A DNA stretch of 64,000 nucleotides from Acidobacteriota bacterium (GTDB lineage: Bacteria; Acidobacteriota; Thermoanaerobaculia; Thermoanaerobaculales; Sulfomarinibacteraceae): the NCBI GenBank assembly GCA_024641545.1, contig JAHECW010000004.1, positions 1,960 to 65,959 on the forward strand, in the 5' to 3' direction. This document shows, one piece after another, positions 60,237 to 64,000 of the stretch. The notes under the pieces were generated by a model. It saw nothing but the letters and a program-made list of their open reading frames with translations. It did not search any database and had not been told where the DNA came from. Position 1 is the first letter of the stretch. Each line of letters starts with the position of its first letter. A program made the position numbers and the translations under genes.

Positions 60237-62753
60237 ATGGATTCGATGTGTTTGCGACCGCTGAACGTGTTCAAGAGGCAGCTTCTCGGGTTGCTGATCC
60301 CCGGTTTGCTGCTGCTGCCGGTGGCCTCCGCTCTCGCTCAGGGCGATCAACCGGCGGCGCCGTCTCCGACCCCGACCCCGACCCCGATCCCGGCGATCCA
60401 GATCCCGGCCCGAATCGGCGAGATCTCGACGTTGCTGCGGGAGATGGCGACGACCGCGCGGCCGCGCGAAAAGATGGCCGAAATCAGCACGGCTCTGCCG
60501 CCGACCAGGGCGACCATCGACTCGATCGAAAACGAGGTCCTTCCGCTGCTCGAGAATGATGGGCCGTCGCAGGCGCTCAAGGAAGCCGATACGGAGATCT
60601 CCCGGCTCGAGAAAAGGCTGACGGGCTGGCTCGACACGCTCAAGGGCCGAACCGCCGAGCTCGACCGCGACCTGGCGGAAATCCGGGCCCGCAGAGAGCT
60701 GTGGGACGTGACCCTCAGCGAATCCGCTGCCGCCGAGCTTCCGCCCGCGCTGGTTCAGCAGATTCGCGAGACCCTGAACGCCATCGTGGAAACCGAGCAG
60801 GTCATCAGCGGCCGTCGAGCCGAGCGTCTGACGCTGCAAGCGGAGATCACCGAACAGCAGGGCCGGCTGACGGCGCTGCGCGAGCGGATCCGAAGGGAGA
60901 TCGAGTTTCGCCAGCAGCACCTGCTTCGGTTCGACAGCCCCCCCCTATGGAAAGCGCTCGGCCAATCCCGGGAAGGCAATCTGGCCGAGCAGGTGCTCGA
61001 ATCCGCGAAGCGGAACATCGAAATTCTCAGGACCTTCACGCGGGAGAGCTCGCGGGAGCTCCTTCGCGATGCGTTGATCTACCTCGTGGTGCTCATCATC
61101 TTTGTCCGGCTCGGCCGCAAAGCCCAGCTCTGGGTTCAGACCGACGAATCGCTGCGGACCACCGCCACGCTCCTGCAGCAACCCGTTGCTGCAAGTCTGC
61201 TGGTCACCATCATGGTCCTCGGCAACCTGATTCACCCCACCGCGCCGATTCCTTTTCTCCATCTCCTCGGCTTCGTCCTGCTGTTGATCATGCTTCGCCT
61301 GTTGCCGCATCTGGTGCGGCCCGAAATCCGCCCGGCCATCGGTCTGCTGGTCGCCCTGGTCGCCCTCTATCTCCTGGTCGATCTGGTACCGAGCGTCTTT
61401 CTTCTCGACCGACTCGGCACGCTCGCGCTGGCCGTGCTGGGCGCCGCGACCTGCGCTTGGGTGGTTCGCCGTCAACGATCATTGGTCGATATCACGAAGG
61501 ACATCTGGTATCGCAGCGCGGTCTGGCTCGCCACCACCGGCACCGTCCTGTTCGCGTTATCGGCGCTGACCAACATCGTCGGCGCCGTCGCCTTCGGTTC
61601 GCTCCTCGCCGCGGCCACCCTGGCGGCGATCAATGACGCCATCACGCTGTGGATCTTCGTCGCCGTGCTCTTCGGTGCGGTGACGGTGGCCCTGCGAACG
61701 ACCACCTTGCGGAGATTCCTCGTCGTCCGTTATCACAGCGACCGGATCCGCGCCGTGGTCTTTCGGCTGATCAGATTCACCGCCGTCGTGGTCTGGGTCG
61801 GCACCACCTTGGACGATTTCGGCCTTCTCAGCTGGGCGGCGAACACGCTCAAATCCACCTTCCTCTACGAGTTTCACCTCGGCGAATTTTCTCTTTCGGT
61901 CTCCAGCGTGGTGGTCTTCATCGGGTTGATCTGGCTCTCGGTCAAGCTCTCACATCTCGTTCGTTTCATCCTCGACGTCGACGTCCTGCCGCGCCTCGAT
62001 CTTCCCAAGGGCGTTCCGGCGACGATTTCCAAGACCTCGACCTACCTCGTGGTGACCATCGGTTCGGTGGTCGCCATCGGCGCCGCCGGGCTCGATCTCA
62101 CCAAGTTCACGATCGTCGTCGGCGCTCTCGGCGTCGGGATCGGCTTCGGGCTCCAGAACGCCGTCAACAATTTCGTCTCCGGGTTGATCCTCCTCTTCGA
62201 AAGACCGATCAACGTCGGCGACAAGATCGAGATCGCGGATGTCTCCGGGATGGTCAAGGACATCGGCATCCGAGCGACGGTGGTGCAGACCTGGCAGGGG
62301 GCAGAGGTCATCGTGCCGAACGCGACCCTGATCTCGGAAAACCTCGTCAACTGGACCCTGAGCGATGTCCGGCGACGAATGGACATCCCGGTCGGCGTCG
62401 CCTACGGGTCACCGGCCGAGCGGGTGATCGAGCTCCTGACCGAGGTCGCCCGGAGCCACGTCGAGGTCCTCGACGATCCCGAGCCCGTCGCCATCTTCAC
62501 CGGTTTCGGCGACAGCTCGCTGAATTTCGAGCTCCGCTCGTGGACGGTGGGCGACTTCGTCATCATTGCGAGCGATCTTCGAGTCGGCATCGATCGGATC
62601 CTGGCCGAACACGGGATCGAGATCCCCTTCCCGCAACGCGATCTCCACCTGCGGTCGGTGGCCGAGGGGGTGGCGGAGCGTCTCGCCGGGGACGGTTCGA
62701 GGACCCCGGCCGAACCGGCGGCGAGTGCTGACCCGACCGGGGCCAAGGCCTGA
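60237..62753 (+). CDS. mechanosensitive ion channel family protein (MscK/KefA-like, large periplasmic + multi-TM N-terminus)
   Basis: ATG 60237 follows GAAGGGAAGG. Signal peptide, then a coiled-coil periplasmic region, then about 10 TM helices. MscS core NAVNNFVSGLILLFERPINVGDKIEI...G.VKDIGIRAT. Confidence 0.85.
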   Translation: MDSMCLRPLNVFKRQLLGLLIPGLLLLPVASALAQGDQPAAPSPTPTPTPIPAIQIPARIGEISTLLREMATTARPREKMAEISTALPPTRATIDSIENEVLPLLENDGPSQALKEADTEISRLEKRLTGWLDTLKGRTAELDRDLAEIRARRELWDVTLSESAAAELPPALVQQIRETLNAIVETEQVISGRRAERLTLQAEITEQQGRLTALRERIRREIEFRQQHLLRFDSPPLWKALGQSREGNLAEQVLESAKRNIEILRTFTRESSRELLRDALIYLVVLIIFVRLGRKAQLWVQTDESLRTTATLLQQPVAASLLVTIMVLGNLIHPTAPIPFLHLLGFVLLLIMLRLLPHLVRPEIRPAIGLLVALVALYLLVDLVPSVFLLDRLGTLALAVLGAATCAWVVRRQRSLVDITKDIWYRSAVWLATTGTVLFALSALTNIVGAVAFGSLLAAATLAAINDAITLWIFVAVLFGAVTVALRTTTLRRFLVVRYHSDRIRAVVFRLIRFTAVVVWVGTTLDDFGLLSWAANTLKSTFLYEFHLGEFSLSVSSVVVFIGLIWLSVKLSHLVRFILDVDVLPRLDLPKGVPATISKTSTYLVVTIGSVVAIGAAGLDLTKFTIVVGALGVGIGFGLQNAVNNFVSGLILLFERPINVGDKIEIADVSGMVKDIGIRATVVQTWQGAEVIVPNATLISENLVNWTLSDVRRRMDIPVGVAYGSPAERVIELLTEVARSHVEVLDDPEPVAIFTGFGDSSLNFELRSWTVGDFVIIASDLRVGIDRILAEHGIEIPFPQRDLHLRSVAEGVAERLAGDGSRTPAEPAASADPTGAKA

Positions 62754-62840
62754 TCGGCCCGACAGATCGAGTCTGTGCCATAATGCAGCGGAATCTAGCC
62801 TCGATGCGGGCGGACCCGCTCATCGAATGAGGAGTGAATC

Positions 62841-63179
62841 ATGGAAGTAACCAGGCGACAGGTCGGCGGCGTTGTAATTCTCGATCTCGATGGCAAGCTG
62901 ACCATCGGCAAGGGTGATGTGGTGCTGCGGGGCGCATTCGTCGACGAGCTCGACGTAGCTGAACGCAAGATCCTGGTCAACCTCGACAAGGTCAAGGTCA
63001 TCGACTCGTCCGGCCTCGGCGAGCTCATCCGCTGCAAGGTGACCGCGGCCGAAAAGAAGGCCGATGTCAAGCTGCTGCACGTCAATCTGAAGGCGCGCAA
63101 GCTCCTGACGATGGCGCAGCTGGTCGGTGTCTTCGAGATGTTCGACGACGAGAAGATGGCCGTCGACTCGTTCTCCTAG
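62841..63179 (+). CDS. STAS-domain anti-sigma-factor antagonist (SpoIIAA-like)
   Basis: 112 aa with VVILDLDGKLT...VIDSSGLGELI (phosphorylatable Ser context). Confidence 0.75.
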   Translation: MEVTRRQVGGVVILDLDGKLTIGKGDVVLRGAFVDELDVAERKILVNLDKVKVIDSSGLGELIRCKVTAAEKKADVKLLHVNLKARKLLTMAQLVGVFEMFDDEKMAVDSFS

Positions 63180-63219
63180 CGGTCGAACCCGACCCGGGGA
63201 GCGAGTGCGCAGAGAACGT

Positions 63220-63243
63220 GGGCAGGGCTCAGGCCCTGCCCTT
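63220..63243. terminator. bidirectional hairpin terminator between convergent genes
   Basis: Perfect 9-bp stem GGGCAGGGC / GCCCTGCCC with loop TCAG, followed by TT. Lies between the stops at 63179 (+) and 63294 (-). Confidence 0.6.
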
Positions 63244-63293
63244 CGTGCGTCCGGTGGTGCTGATCGGACCCCCTCCGGGGTCCGACGCGCAGC

Positions 63294-63764
63294 CTACTTG
63301 GCGAGCGGCACGTCCTTGGCGATCTCCATCATCATGGCGGTCTCGAGCTTGTTTTCGGCTTGGAACAGCCGGGTGACCTTGTTCGGCGGCAGCACATCGT
63401 CGAATCTCTCCGCGTAGCTCATCTCGAGCTCGAGCATCTGCTTTTTGAGGGCGAAGCTCTGGTCGAGGAGGATCCGCGACATCTCCGGCGACATCTCGGC
63501 ATAGCTGCCGAGGAAGATCTTGATGACGTCGATGCGCCGGTTCCAGAGCTCTCCCTTCTTCTTTCCGTACTCCTCGTAGAGCGGCCAGAAGGCCTTCGCC
63601 TCGGCTTCGCTGAGGTCGAGCACACCGCCGATGAGATTGGCCCACTCGGAGGTCAGCACATCGTAAGTGAGCTTGGTCTGGTCGCGCACCTGCTGCGCCG
63701 CCACCGGGTTGGAAAGGGCGACCGCCATGACGGCCACGACAGCTGTGAGAACGACCTTCTTCAT
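63294..63764 (-). CDS. hypothetical periplasmic helical protein
   Basis: ATG 63764 follows GGAGGA. Signal peptide MKKVVLTAVVAVMAVALSNPVAA. The ORF-track extension to 63902 is rejected. No family recognised. Confidence 0.6.
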   Translation of the reverse strand: MKKVVLTAVVAVMAVALSNPVAAQQVRDQTKLTYDVLTSEWANLIGGVLDLSEAEAKAFWPLYEEYGKKKGELWNRRIDVIKIFLGSYAEMSPEMSRILLDQSFALKKQMLELEMSYAERFDDVLPPNKVTRLFQAENKLETAMMMEIAKDVPLAK

Positions 63765-63907
63765 CGTTGGATCCTCCAGATCTCGGAATCGACTCATTCT
63801 AACCCATGCCATTCGCCTGCGACGAATTGCCGGGTCCGACGCAGGAGTCCGCGAACCGCTTCCCGCGAGCCGGCGATCGACGAGTCGCGAGCGAACCGAC
63901 ACGCCGC

Positions 63908-64000
63908 TCAGCGCAGGTCGAGGACTGCGGTTTCTCCTTCTTTGGCGCCGACGTCCCCCTGCCGGGCGCCTGCGGCCATGGCGACGGTGATGCGGTAGTC
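63908..64000 (-). CDS. 3' end of an unidentified gene running off the window
   Basis: Open minus-strand frame from the window edge (...DYRITVAMAAGARQGDVGAKEGETAVLDLR) with stop TGA at 63910-63908. Third-codon positions are G/C-rich. Too short to identify. Confidence 0.35.
   Translation of the reverse strand, partial: DYRITVAMAAGARQGDVGAKEGETAVLDLR

Overview
GC-rich (about two-thirds G+C by eye) chromosomal segment from a Gram-negative-type environmental bacterium; I cannot assign the lineage from sequence alone. I support about 47 protein genes. By eye I found no rRNA, tRNA, CRISPR array, transposase or integrase. Many long ORFs in the six-frame track are Arg/Gly/Pro-rich antisense artefacts of high GC and are rejected. 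Layout: (1) 1-4304, three tandem LVIVD-type beta-propeller paralogues with shared N- and C-terminal cassettes. (2) 4309-19433, rlpA followed by a large phosphate-starvation block: phosphodiesterase, OprP-like porin, pstSCAB-phoU-phoBR and a convergent long PiT transporter, with Pho-box-like direct repeats. (3) 19605-22679, a lipid kinase and an ECF sigma / zinc anti-sigma / Spy-CpxP-like operon. (4) 23016-29276, a housekeeping run: rplU-rpmA-obg-nadD-rsfS-rlmH, a dksA-like gene, a holA-like gene and a sigma-54 activator. (5) 29284-31229, manC-like and HAD hydrolase genes. (6) 31561-38642, two translationally coupled giant transglutaminase-like paralogues; only the first keeps the catalytic Cys/His. 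(7) 38710-47316, rsgA, then a divergent pair made of a 776-aa protein with a degenerate class III cyclase-like core and a cNMP-binding/DUF4388 protein, followed by a PDZ-multi-TM histidine kinase and a sigma-54 activator. (8) 47765-64000, mnmA, a zinc-ribbon orphan, a SMUG1-type UDG, an orphan ECF sigma, a rubrerythrin-like gene, ggt, a dynamin-like GTPase, a BNR/VPS10-type protein, nhaA, an MscK-like channel and a STAS protein. The most interesting candidates are the cyclase-like/cNMP/two-component cluster, the active/inactive transglutaminase pair, the propeller triplet with its conserved C-terminal tag, an AT-rich 30-bp-arm inverted repeat, and several low-GC intergenic islands that share short motifs.
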